DNA of 64,000 bases from contig CAZNFX010000002.1 in NCBI GenBank assembly GCA_964572845.1, positions 49,123 to 113,122 of the forward strand, written 5' to 3'. Position 1 is the first letter of the stretch. Each line of letters starts with the position of its first letter. Shown piece by piece: positions 36,995 through 46,662 of this stretch. The notes below the pieces were generated by a model. That model ran no database searches, was not told the DNA's origin, and saw only the letters and a program-made list of their open reading frames with translations. The position numbers and the translations under genes are program-made. This DNA is from an uncultured Pseudomonadales bacterium (GTDB lineage: Bacteria > Pseudomonadota > Gammaproteobacteria > Pseudomonadales > Azotimanducaceae).

Positions 36995-38683
36995 CTAGCT
37001 TTCCTTGTTCCCGTTGATGTCGATGCAGATCACCTGGAGAACTCCGCCCTCCAATGCGCTTGCCGGCACGGGGTTGTTGGACATGCAGGCGGCTCCGTCA
37101 TTGGTAAAGTCGGTATCGCGCGTGTAGGTCCCGGATAGCGGGATTGGATAGGCGACGAACCTTTCTTCATCCTGTATGAATCGGTAGACTCGATCCGTCA
37201 TGTTTTCGTTGATCCAAATGTCTTGGGTTTCGGGATGAATACCCAAGGCATAGGGTGCAGGTCTGTGATTCGGCACGTACTCGGGCATTTCGTACACCGT
37301 AGTCTTGTAACCATCTGTCTCAACTCTCGCCAGTGTTCCCTCCGAGTAACCGGTTACCCAAAGCACTCCCTTGTTGTCGAAGCGCATGCGCCTTGGCCCG
37401 CGAACCGGAGAGTCGTATTCGGTGACCTTCATTGTCTTGGGATCGATGCGTCCGATCTTGTTGCCAAACAAGCGCGTATACCAGACATCTCCATGAATGG
37501 GATCGATGTCAATTCCATAAGGGGTAGTTCCGCCGGATATCCCTCCGGGCTTCACACGAGGTAGGCTGACGACTTCCGTCTTCCCCGTTGAGGGATCCAA
37601 TTTGCCAACTTGCTCCGATCCGGCAAGTGTGAACCAGACCATTCCTTTGGAGTCAACGCGAATTGTGTGCGGATACACTGCTCCGTGTCCGATGAAGAAC
37701 ACGGGTTCCCACTCCAACGTATCGGGATTGAAGACTCCAATGCTGTTAGTGCTTGTGTTGGTGACGTAGTACTTGCCGTCTTGGTGCAATGCTAGAGAGT
37801 GAGGTCCATTGCGTCCATTGAAGACGGCGATTTCTCCGGCCACGGACCCAAACTCGTAGTACTCGGTTCCCCCTTTTGACTGAGAGATGTATTGTGTCTG
37901 TCCTGTTGTCGGATCGGTAACAGCCATGTGGTCGGCTCCTTGGTCGACTGTGAAGATCAAGCCGGATTCGGGATGCACGATCGCGTCGTGCGGTACGATG
38001 CCGCGCTCCATGCGGTACTCGGTAATCTTGGTCGTGAAGAGAGAAGGATCAATAGGGAATTCCGGTCGCACCTTGAGAGGAGATCCATCAAATCCCTTAG
38101 CAAGCAGCACGGAACGTCGATCTCGAAGCTCGGCGTCGAAGTTGCCGAGATAGGCGTGCATCCGCGCGATTATGTCTACCCACCCCTCGGCTGTTCGAGG
38201 GACACGCGTCAAAGGATTGCCCATCTGATGACACGTCAAGCAGTCTCTTTGGAATTGGTGCCGGTTGAACACAGCATCCTCGCCTTCCTCATAGGGCAAA
38301 TTGCCAAAGTGATAGGCTGCAGGAAGGCTTTCGGATATTTCCAGATTGCCTACCATGGCTTCGATTTTCAGGGAGACTGTCTGGGTGGAGTCGGAGGAGA
38401 CGTCCGACAGAGTAATGTTCCTGTCACGGTAGTAGGGCAGTCGTGTCCGAAGTTGCAGTTGACCTTCAAGCCGCGTGGAAAGAGAGTAGGTACCCTCGGA
38501 TCCAGTAAAGACCGATTCCGAAATACCGGATTCAGTATCGGTCAGTCGCACCATGACCCCAGGCAGAGGTTTCCCCTCCACGGATTCGATGACTCCAGCG
38601 ATCTCGGTAGCGGAAATGCTTGTCGTCGCCAGAATGCCAATTCCTATGAGAAACGTTCGAGACGATTTACGGATGTGGGCCAT
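36995..38683 (-). CDS. exported protein: carboxypeptidase-regulatory-like domain + CxxCH haem site + Vgb/NHL-like beta-propeller
   Basis: Signal peptide from MAHIRKSS. GVIESVEGKPLPGVMVRL...GTYSL is CarboxypepD_reg-like. DCLTCHQMGN is a haem c site. Repeated blades such as TPYGIDIDPIHGDVWYTRLFGNKIGRIDPKT..VTEY occur. Confidence 0.7.
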   Translation of the reverse strand: MAHIRKSSRTFLIGIGILATTSISATEIAGVIESVEGKPLPGVMVRLTDTESGISESVFTGSEGTYSLSTRLEGQLQLRTRLPYYRDRNITLSDVSSDSTQTVSLKIEAMVGNLEISESLPAAYHFGNLPYEEGEDAVFNRHQFQRDCLTCHQMGNPLTRVPRTAEGWVDIIARMHAYLGNFDAELRDRRSVLLAKGFDGSPLKVRPEFPIDPSLFTTKITEYRMERGIVPHDAIVHPESGLIFTVDQGADHMAVTDPTTGQTQYISQSKGGTEYYEFGSVAGEIAVFNGRNGPHSLALHQDGKYYVTNTSTNSIGVFNPDTLEWEPVFFIGHGAVYPHTIRVDSKGMVWFTLAGSEQVGKLDPSTGKTEVVSLPRVKPGGISGGTTPYGIDIDPIHGDVWYTRLFGNKIGRIDPKTMKVTEYDSPVRGPRRMRFDNKGVLWVTGYSEGTLARVETDGYKTTVYEMPEYVPNHRPAPYALGIHPETQDIWINENMTDRVYRFIQDEERFVAYPIPLSGTYTRDTDFTNDGAACMSNNPVPASALEGGVLQVICIDINGNKES

Positions 38684-38967
38684 GGTTATGCGTTGCGGGT
38701 GCGATTTCGAATCTATCTTATATACCCATCTAGTTGACCAAGACAATTTCTACGGCATTGACCTTTTGCCAGCACTAGGAATTGGTGGGACTACATGCAC
38801 ATTAGGCGCAAGAGAACCTCTGTGCACAGCCGTCAGTTGTTGAAGTGGGTCCGCTCGTTGGTCACTATTTTGCTTGGGAGAACTCTTGGCGGACGGTTCC
38901 GGAGGGCGCGCTTGAGAATCGTCGAGGTGGTGCACATTCTCGACAACGACACATCCACAACGGAATG

Positions 38968-39438
38968 TCACTCATCTTGGGATTCATCGGGAGTTCGTTC
39001 GGGTGTCGAAGTTCCAAGGGTTGCCAGCACCCCTCCGACAACGCCCAAGACAAGGAATATGCCGATATACCAACCCGACGACCACAACACACCGAATGCT
39101 TCCGGTGTATACCTTGTCAACGCGGTCGCTGATCCTCGTTCCGCCAATGGGCCAAATATCAACATTGGCACAAATACGCAGGTTGCTAGCAAGACGCCAA
39201 GACTTGCGCAACCAAGGCAAAGCAGTGCATACACTCTTCCTGCTGATCTAAGCACAAGAGAACCCAACAAGACAAGTGCAAGCGAAAACACCATTCCTAC
39301 CCACCCCATGATGAAGGAGAGGGCTGAAAACTCAGAACCAAAGCGTAGTCCGACAGCTGATACGAGAATTAGTCCCACTGACTCTACTATTCCAATTGTG
39401 CCTCCGATGATTGTGAGAACTCCGCCACCTTTCTTCAT
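38968..39438 (-). CDS. small integral membrane protein (about 4 TM helices)
   Basis: Gly/Leu/Val-rich hydrophobic segments with an acidic tail. The antisense ORF 38795..39508 is low-complexity and was rejected. Confidence 0.6.
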   Translation of the reverse strand: MKKGGGVLTIIGGTIGIVESVGLILVSAVGLRFGSEFSALSFIMGWVGMVFSLALVLLGSLVLRSAGRVYALLCLGCASLGVLLATCVFVPMLIFGPLAERGSATALTRYTPEAFGVLWSSGWYIGIFLVLGVVGGVLATLGTSTPERTPDESQDE

Positions 39439-39692
39439 CGTCTCTGCGTTTCCTCTTTTTAATCGTTACAGTTGTTCAACTACGACATTCAAAACTTCGC
39501 ATGCTTAATTTCGGGCGCGCCTTCCCATTCTATAAGCGATTTCCAACGTAGTCTGGATCGTAGCCTACATGCAAGAACAACATGCTTGCCGACATTTGGC
39601 ACAGCGAGAATTGGCTACTGTGGAGGACATTCGGGTGCGTGGTCATTGTGAAGTAATTGCAACACTCAATGACTAGTCGGTGAGTGCAATCG

Positions 39693-41504
39693 CTAGCGGT
39701 ATGAACTAGCTTGGATCTCGTAGAGTTCAGCGTATTGGTCGCCTGACGCCATGAGTTCTTCATGCGATCCGCATTCGACGATACGGGAGCCTTCCATCAC
39801 GACGATTTGGTCCGCCATTCTCACAGTGCTGAAACGGTGCGACACTAGCATAGTAATTCGACCGGATTGAGACTTCACACTTGAGTTGTCCATATGTTGC
39901 GCAGCACTTGCATAGCGTTCAAAAAGCGCATGTTCTGTTTCAGCGTCCAGAGCGGCAGTCGGCTCATCCAGCATGAGAAGCAAAGGTTCGTCCCGCATGA
40001 AGCTACGTGCCAACGACAGTTTCTGCCATTGGCCAAAACTCACTTCCACGCCGTTCTGCCAGGTGGGTCCGAGTTGCGTATCCAAGCCTGACGGAAGTTG
40101 CTCAGTTACGTCCTCTGCGCCCGCTCTACTCACCGCTGTTTCGACAGCAGGTCGGTTATTGATGCGAGGCTGATCGCCGAGACCGACAGTTTGATCGGCG
40201 ACCAACTCGAAACGAAAGAAGTCCTGGAATGCACCGGATAGTCGTTCTCGCCACGCAATAGGATCCATCTTGCTGAGATCGTTGCCGTCGATCAGGATGC
40301 GTCCCGATGTGGGTTCGTACAGTCCAGCCAGCAGCTTCACTAGCGTTGTCTTTCCGGCGCCATTCTCTCCGACGAGCGCGACTACCGACCCCGCATCGAT
40401 GTGGAAGCTGACGCTCTCCAGCGCAGGCTTTTCTGTTCCTGGGTAGCAAAACGTTACGTCTTCGAAGGTTATTCCGTGCTTCAAGTTTGTCGGAACTGGA
40501 TCGTTGCGTTGCTGTGTCATTGCATCGGCATAGTCTTCGAGCCATGCAAGCCGCTTGGCCCCGTCCATCCATATGCCTCGCAAAAATCCTAGTTCGCCAA
40601 CTGTCGCGCTGATGTACGCCGCAAGGCGTGATCCTGCGGCGAGAACCAGTAGAGCAGCGCCGGGTGGTGCGGCAAGAACGTACACTGTGAACACGACGGC
40701 GCCAACGTATCCAGCACCAAAGATGGCCCACGCAACCACAGAAATGCTTGCCGTATGCCATCGCGCTCGCGCGATGGGTTTGTACCATCGACTCCATGCC
40801 TGATGTCGGTCTCGAACTATCCGATCACCGATGTTGGACAAGCGCACTTCCTTGCCGGGCGAGGCAGTTGTCGCGATGTCAAAAAGATGCTTGGACAGGC
40901 GCGATGCCGGTGCGTTTTCCTCTTCGATCCGTCGTTCCACGCCTGGGCGCGTAGTTGAGGAGACAACTGTTGGTAGAGCGGCTACAGCCAGAAGTAATAG
41001 AGAGGGGTGTACAGAACCGAGCAACGCGCCGGTTATTCCCAATCGTATGAACCATCCTGCGGTCGCAAACATTGAGTGGTACATGTGATCCAAAGTAAAC
41101 ACCTGATCACGCAATACCGTCAATCGATCCAAGTACTCTGGACGTTCGTGGTGAGCAATTGTTGCCACGCCGGCTTGAAGCTGCGCCACGTGCGACTCGA
41201 GAGCTATCGACACACGATCCCGGAACCTGCGCTGCGTGCGATCGCTGACGACACGCAGCGCCCACGTCAGGGTGGCCGACAGTCCAAGCCCCAAAGCTCC
41301 TATCCATATGTAGACCGGATTGTCCTGTAGCAATCCGTTGGCGAGCAGCATTAGCCACAATGCGAAAAGCGCATCCGGCATCGCAGCACAAATTGTCAAC
41401 ACAAAGGCGATGAGCAAGAGCCACGGTTCTGCTGTGTAACCTCGCTTGACAGCTCGCCACATGGAGGGCAATGCCGCCGGCATTGCATCAATCGAGGATA
41501 TCAA
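39693..41504 (-). CDS. ABC exporter half-transporter (TMD-NBD)
   Basis: GENGAGKTT, LSLARSF..EPLLLMLDEPTAALD and SHRFS. The start may instead be the ATG at 41483. Confidence 0.85.
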   Translation of the reverse strand: MISSIDAMPAALPSMWRAVKRGYTAEPWLLLIAFVLTICAAMPDALFALWLMLLANGLLQDNPVYIWIGALGLGLSATLTWALRVVSDRTQRRFRDRVSIALESHVAQLQAGVATIAHHERPEYLDRLTVLRDQVFTLDHMYHSMFATAGWFIRLGITGALLGSVHPSLLLLAVAALPTVVSSTTRPGVERRIEEENAPASRLSKHLFDIATTASPGKEVRLSNIGDRIVRDRHQAWSRWYKPIARARWHTASISVVAWAIFGAGYVGAVVFTVYVLAAPPGAALLVLAAGSRLAAYISATVGELGFLRGIWMDGAKRLAWLEDYADAMTQQRNDPVPTNLKHGITFEDVTFCYPGTEKPALESVSFHIDAGSVVALVGENGAGKTTLVKLLAGLYEPTSGRILIDGNDLSKMDPIAWRERLSGAFQDFFRFELVADQTVGLGDQPRINNRPAVETAVSRAGAEDVTEQLPSGLDTQLGPTWQNGVEVSFGQWQKLSLARSFMRDEPLLLMLDEPTAALDAETEHALFERYASAAQHMDNSSVKSQSGRITMLVSHRFSTVRMADQIVVMEGSRIVECGSHEELMASGDQYAELYEIQASSYR

Positions 41505-43287
41505 GCGCTAGCCCTCCTTCCTCCTCTGTGAATCGTGACGCTTGGAGATTGAACATCGTTTGGTAGCGCCCATTTTGTTGCATTAACGTCTCATGAGATC
41601 CTTCCTCAATGACGCGGCCGTGTTCGAGAACGCATATGCGGTCGACTTGGCGCACCGTTGAGAACCGGTGAGAAATCAAAACGGTTGTGATGTCGCGAGT
41701 TTCCTGCAGTATTCGCCGAAAGATCTCTCGCTCGCCTCTCACATCCAGTTGCGCTGTAGGTTCGTCGAGGAGTACGATTCCTGCTCCGCAATATGCAGCG
41801 CACAGTGCTCGAGCAAGTGCGATTCTTTGCCATTGCCCTCCCGACAAGTCGATTCCGTACGCATATGCCTTGCTCAGCGTAGTGTCGAGATCGGCGAGGC
41901 CGCTTGCGCCCGCACTCTCCAATGCTCGATGGACGATCTCGTCGGTAGCTTGTCCGCCAGGATCGACATTTTCACGCAATGTCAATTCGTACCGCACAAA
42001 GTCCTGAAAGACAGCGGTTATTCGGCTTCGCCAATTGGTCAAGTCCCACTCGCATAGGTTCACGCCGTCAATCTCGATGGATCCATCGGTAGGGTCGTAG
42101 AGCCTGCACAGCAGTTTCGCCAACGTAGTCTTTCCCGCGCCGTTTTGCCCAACTATTGCGATCGACGAGCCAGCGGGGATGGTGAGGTCAAGGTCTTGAA
42201 GTATGGTCTTCTCCCCGGTGGGATACTTGAAGCTGACGTTACGAAAGCTTATGTCTTGTTTGGGCTGCGATTCGGAAGCATGGGTCCCGCTCTTCAGCGA
42301 GCCAACGTCATACATCGAGCTGCGCAATCGCATGGTCGCACCAGCGGGAGCGGAAGCGCTGTCCAATGCCCAGGACAGACCGCCAAAGGCGATCATGCTG
42401 GTGGTGAAAGCAAGGCTGGCAAACGTGACCATTCGATCCAAGCCAAGTTCATTGGATGCCACATCGATGGCCATGACCGTGAACACGATGGCGTTGGCCG
42501 CCAATACCAAGATGAGACTCCAGATCACTGGTCGCTCGCGCAAGCGCGTGGCTTCCCATCGAAGATCATGAAGAACTCGTCTATGGGATCGAAAACGATC
42601 CACAATCCACTCGGCCAAGCCAAAAAGACGAATCTCCTTGGACGCGGGCGGATTCACCGCAATCTTGTATGCGTAGTCGGCATGCCGCTGTGCGTTGCGA
42701 ACCGTATCAGTGTTGCGGTCTCTCCAAACGCCGCTCTCGCGAAGCAAGTAGTGTGTGGATATCCAAGCGCCCCCAAGCACAAGAGGAGCCCACCACGCAT
42801 AGGCCGACAGAATCAAGCATGCCACTAGCCCGGCGCATAATTCGACGAGACCCGATGCGATGAAATCCATCGATATCGACAGGGGCGGACCAGAAATGCC
42901 GAGGTCGAAGTCGCGTGCCATCGCGAGATCGCTGGTGACTTCTGCGTTCTCAAGGTGTGCCATTCCTTCGGGTCGAACGCATGTTTCGCTCAGTCGATCA
43001 TAGAGCAGACATGCAACGTGGTCGCCCAGGTTCTTGCTAACCACCAAGTGGAGCGGCGGCAGAACTTGAACCAGTACAAAGAACGATCCAAGTAGAATCA
43101 GCGGCGCAAGCAGATCGGATTGTCTCTCGACAGCGCCTATCAGCGTTCCCATGGCAACAGCCAGCAACGCCGGTAGCAGGCCGCGACCAATCAGAAGCAG
43201 CCACCAAGCGACGGCAAGCGGCAAGTGAGCCCGATGCAACAGCATCATGTATTGCCATTCGTCGCGAGAAGTTATTCGATCGAACAA
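41488..43287 (-). CDS. ABC exporter half-transporter (TMD-NBD), partner of the downstream gene
   Basis: GQNGAGKTT, LSGGQWQRIALARAL, LLDEPTAQLD and SHRFS. Confidence 0.85.
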   Translation of the reverse strand: MFDRITSRDEWQYMMLLHRAHLPLAVAWWLLLIGRGLLPALLAVAMGTLIGAVERQSDLLAPLILLGSFFVLVQVLPPLHLVVSKNLGDHVACLLYDRLSETCVRPEGMAHLENAEVTSDLAMARDFDLGISGPPLSISMDFIASGLVELCAGLVACLILSAYAWWAPLVLGGAWISTHYLLRESGVWRDRNTDTVRNAQRHADYAYKIAVNPPASKEIRLFGLAEWIVDRFRSHRRVLHDLRWEATRLRERPVIWSLILVLAANAIVFTVMAIDVASNELGLDRMVTFASLAFTTSMIAFGGLSWALDSASAPAGATMRLRSSMYDVGSLKSGTHASESQPKQDISFRNVSFKYPTGEKTILQDLDLTIPAGSSIAIVGQNGAGKTTLAKLLCRLYDPTDGSIEIDGVNLCEWDLTNWRSRITAVFQDFVRYELTLRENVDPGGQATDEIVHRALESAGASGLADLDTTLSKAYAYGIDLSGGQWQRIALARALCAAYCGAGIVLLDEPTAQLDVRGEREIFRRILQETRDITTVLISHRFSTVRQVDRICVLEHGRVIEEGSHETLMQQNGRYQTMFNLQASRFTEEEGGLALDILD

Positions 43288-43374
43288 GCTAGCTCCTTGA
43301 ACTCTGTGAACTGCGCCGAATGACGATTTGATGCATCCAATTAAAGAGTAATCGAACTTTGTTTAGCACCGACT

Positions 43375-44202
43375 ATGCAACTGCCGACATTTGACGGAAA
43401 GGTGACGGGTGAGGAGCTGGAAACGCTCCTTGAGTTTGCCAAGGCGTCGGTAGTCCGAGCTGGACGAAGCATTCTTCAGGGGTTCAGGACCCGTCGCGAG
43501 TTTGTCGACAAATCCGATGGTTCAGATTTTGATCCGGTAACCGCATCGGATCGAGAAGGCGAGAACTTGATCAGGAATGCCATCGCAGATCGTTGGCCAG
43601 ACCACGGAATGCTAGGTGAGGAATTTGGCTACACTCCTGGAAACGGCCTCACTTGGGTTATGGACCCAATAGATGGCACGCGTGCATTCGTGAGTGGATT
43701 GCTCCATTGGGGTGTCTTGCTCTCGCTCTTCGACGGTCAGGATGTCCTGCTAGGCGTCATGTACCAACCTTATGTCGACGAACTCTATTGGGGAACTGCA
43801 GCGGGATCCCATTGTTCACGTCGCGAGCGGGCTTGGATATTGCAGGCTAGTGATTGTGCTGACATTTCGAAAGCGATTTTGTCGACAACAGATCCTCGCC
43901 TGTTTGAGGAGCAAGAGGAATTTCAGGCTTTTGAAAACGTGCAAGGCCAGGTGCGTCTCTGTCGATACGGCGGCGATTGCTACCAATACGGCCTCGTGGC
44001 GATGGGTTTCATCGACATAGTCATTGAGAACAAGCTAAACCCTTGGGATATTCAAGCATTGATCCCGATTGTCAAGGGTGCAGGAGGATGCATAACAACG
44101 TGGGCGGGGAACGACCCAAGCAACGGCGGCCGCGTAGTGGCCACAAGCAACATGAGACTGCATGAGCAGGTATTGAACGCTCTCGAAATTAGTGTGACTT
44201 GA
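43375..44202 (+). CDS. inositol monophosphatase-family phosphatase (possibly histidinol-phosphatase HisN-like)
   Basis: GEEFG, WVMDPIDGTRAF and WDIQALIPIVKGAGG motifs. Confidence 0.8.
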   Translation: MQLPTFDGKVTGEELETLLEFAKASVVRAGRSILQGFRTRREFVDKSDGSDFDPVTASDREGENLIRNAIADRWPDHGMLGEEFGYTPGNGLTWVMDPIDGTRAFVSGLLHWGVLLSLFDGQDVLLGVMYQPYVDELYWGTAAGSHCSRRERAWILQASDCADISKAILSTTDPRLFEEQEEFQAFENVQGQVRLCRYGGDCYQYGLVAMGFIDIVIENKLNPWDIQALIPIVKGAGGCITTWAGNDPSNGGRVVATSNMRLHEQVLNALEISVT

Positions 44203-44269
44203 CACGGAGACGACACGAAATGGGAACCCAACTAATATACGCAACCTATGGCAGGGAAATTATCTAGAG

Positions 44270-45721
44270 ATGAGTGAATTGGCTTTCGCGTCGGCGACCA
44301 AGCTGGCGCAAATGATTCGTGAAAAGGAGATTTCAAGCGTCGAATTGCTGGAGTTCTACCTGCACCGTGTGGACGAGTACAACCCCGGTCTCAACGCGAT
44401 CATCTGGCAGATGCAGGACGAAGCCATGGACGCAGCTCAACGAGCCGATGAAGCACTGGCATCCGAAAGCTCAATCGGACCACTGCACGGCGTTCCCATG
44501 ACGATCAAGGAATCCTACGACGTCGTTGGTACGCCAAGCACATGGGGCATTCCAGAGCTCAAGGACAATTTTCCTAATGTAGACGCTTTGTCCGTTGAAA
44601 GGTTGAAGAGAGCCGGTGCAGTACTGTTTGGAAAGACCAACGTGCCGCTGAGACTCTCTGACTTCCAAAGCTACAACGACATTTATGGAACGACGAACAA
44701 TCCATGGGACGTTTCGCGCATACCTGGTGGCTCGTCGGGAGGCTCGGCCGCGTCGCTGGCTGCGGGCTTGACGGGAATCGATTCGGGGTCCGACATTGGC
44801 GGGTCGATTAGGAACCCAGCTCATTTTTGCGGCATATTCGGGCACAAGCCAACCTGGAACTTGCTGCCTCCACGAGGACACGCCACGCCTGGAATTCTCT
44901 CACCGTCAGACCTTTCAGTTATCGGCCCCATGGCGCGATCTGCAGAAGATCTCGAGTTGGCGGTCAAAGTCATGGCCGGGCCGGACGAGATTCAATCGAG
45001 GGGCCTCAGCTTGGACTTGCAAGCATCCGGCAAGGCACCGAACCAATGGAACGTCGCGGTTTGGCAGAACGATAAGCAAGCTCCTGTGGACAGCGCCGTA
45101 GAGTCGCGAGTGGTTGCGGTCGCAGAAACACTAAGAGGCTTAGGAGCGAACGTCAACTTTGAAGGTCGTCCTGCATTTGCCTCTGATGAGGTGCATGCAA
45201 CCTATCAGTGTCTATTGAATGCAACCATGTCTTGTCGTCTGCCCGATGATGAATTTCAGCAGTTGATAGATCGCGTAGAGTCTCAAGAGTCAGACGAAGA
45301 AGATTCACGTTCGAATCAGGTTCGTCGTTCGCAGGTGGCTCGATTCAAGGATTGGACGCGCTACAACGAAGAACGCACTCATCTTAGGTGGGTGTGGCAC
45401 GAATTCTTCAAGAGCTACGATGTAGTGGTTGCGCCGATCATGGCCACTTCGGCGTTCGAGCACGACCACCGTCCAATGTGGGAACGGACCATCATGGTCA
45501 ATGGGGCTGAACAGGGGTACTTCACCCAGTTGTTCTGGGCGGGTCTTGCCGTAAACGCCTATCTGCCATCGACTGTGCTCCCCACGGGACCGGACTCGAA
45601 TGGACTGCCGATCGGCATTCAAGTCATAGGTCCAGAATTTGGTGACCTGATCACCATAGAAGTAGCCAAGGTTCTTGAGCGCGAGGGCTACTCTTTCGAA
45701 GCTCCGCCAAAGTATCGTTGA
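44270..45721 (+). CDS. amidase (amidase-signature family)
   Basis: GGSSGGSAAS and the GSDIGGSIRNPA signature. Confidence 0.85.
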   Translation: MSELAFASATKLAQMIREKEISSVELLEFYLHRVDEYNPGLNAIIWQMQDEAMDAAQRADEALASESSIGPLHGVPMTIKESYDVVGTPSTWGIPELKDNFPNVDALSVERLKRAGAVLFGKTNVPLRLSDFQSYNDIYGTTNNPWDVSRIPGGSSGGSAASLAAGLTGIDSGSDIGGSIRNPAHFCGIFGHKPTWNLLPPRGHATPGILSPSDLSVIGPMARSAEDLELAVKVMAGPDEIQSRGLSLDLQASGKAPNQWNVAVWQNDKQAPVDSAVESRVVAVAETLRGLGANVNFEGRPAFASDEVHATYQCLLNATMSCRLPDDEFQQLIDRVESQESDEEDSRSNQVRRSQVARFKDWTRYNEERTHLRWVWHEFFKSYDVVVAPIMATSAFEHDHRPMWERTIMVNGAEQGYFTQLFWAGLAVNAYLPSTVLPTGPDSNGLPIGIQVIGPEFGDLITIEVAKVLEREGYSFEAPPKYR

Positions 45722-46662
45722 CCGAAGCCACTGCAAGCGCACACCCCAATATTGCCTTGGTGAAGTATTGGGGAAAGGACCCCAGCGACCCCTGGTTGCC
45801 CATGACGCCATCGGTGTCTGCCACGTTGGATACCCTCACGACAACGACGACCGTCCGCGAAGCAAGCGAGGATTGCGTTTCGTTGAATGGCAAGATCGTC
45901 GTCGATTCCAAGATTGCGGGTTGGCTCGATCAGGCTCGAAGAAAGTACCGCATTCCTAGGATTTCAATCACTTCGGAGAACAATTTTCCGACCAGCAGCG
46001 GTTTGGCATCATCGGCATCCGGATTCGCAGCGCTTGTAGTTGCTGCAAACGAGGCATTTGGCCTCGAGCTCGACTTCGTTGCACTGAGCGAGCTAGCGCG
46101 CATGGGATCGATTTCAGCGGCTCGTTCAATGCTGGGCGGGTTCGTGAAACTGGATCCCTCTTCTAACGAATGTGCAGTCGCTCAGCTGCACAGTGCAAAC
46201 TACTGGAAGCTGCGCGTCGTGGTGGCGGTGGTCGATCCACGGCAAAAGCGTGTCTCTTCCACATCCGGCATGGAACGCAGCGCGTCCACTTCTTCGTATT
46301 ACAACGCCTGGCGATCCGATTCCACGTCGGACTATGGTGAGTGCATAGCGGCATTGGCGGATAGGGATTTTGCTCGTTTGCGAGCAGTTGCCGAAAGCAG
46401 CTGCTGCAAGATGCATGCTCTGATGCTGTCGAGCAAGCCCCCGTTGCTGTATTGGAAGCCAGGAACTATGGCAGCCATTGAGACAGTCGGAAATCTACAG
46501 GAAGCAGGAATGGATGTCTTCTTCACCATTGACGCCGGTCCTCAGGTGAAGGCGTTTTGCATTGCCGAGGTGGCCGATGTTGTGCAGGAACGCCTGCAAA
46601 AAACGCCCGGAGTGGAATTTACGATCAATTGTGGAATTGGCGATGGTCCCTACGTCCACTGA
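45718..46662 (+). CDS. mvaD: diphosphomevalonate decarboxylase
   Basis: AHPNIALVKYWGK, PTSSGLASSASGFAAL and FFTIDAGPQV. TTG start overlaps the amidase TGA (TTGA). Confidence 0.85.
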   Translation: MTEATASAHPNIALVKYWGKDPSDPWLPMTPSVSATLDTLTTTTTVREASEDCVSLNGKIVVDSKIAGWLDQARRKYRIPRISITSENNFPTSSGLASSASGFAALVVAANEAFGLELDFVALSELARMGSISAARSMLGGFVKLDPSSNECAVAQLHSANYWKLRVVVAVVDPRQKRVSSTSGMERSASTSSYYNAWRSDSTSDYGECIAALADRDFARLRAVAESSCCKMHALMLSSKPPLLYWKPGTMAAIETVGNLQEAGMDVFFTIDAGPQVKAFCIAEVADVVQERLQKTPGVEFTINCGIGDGPYVH

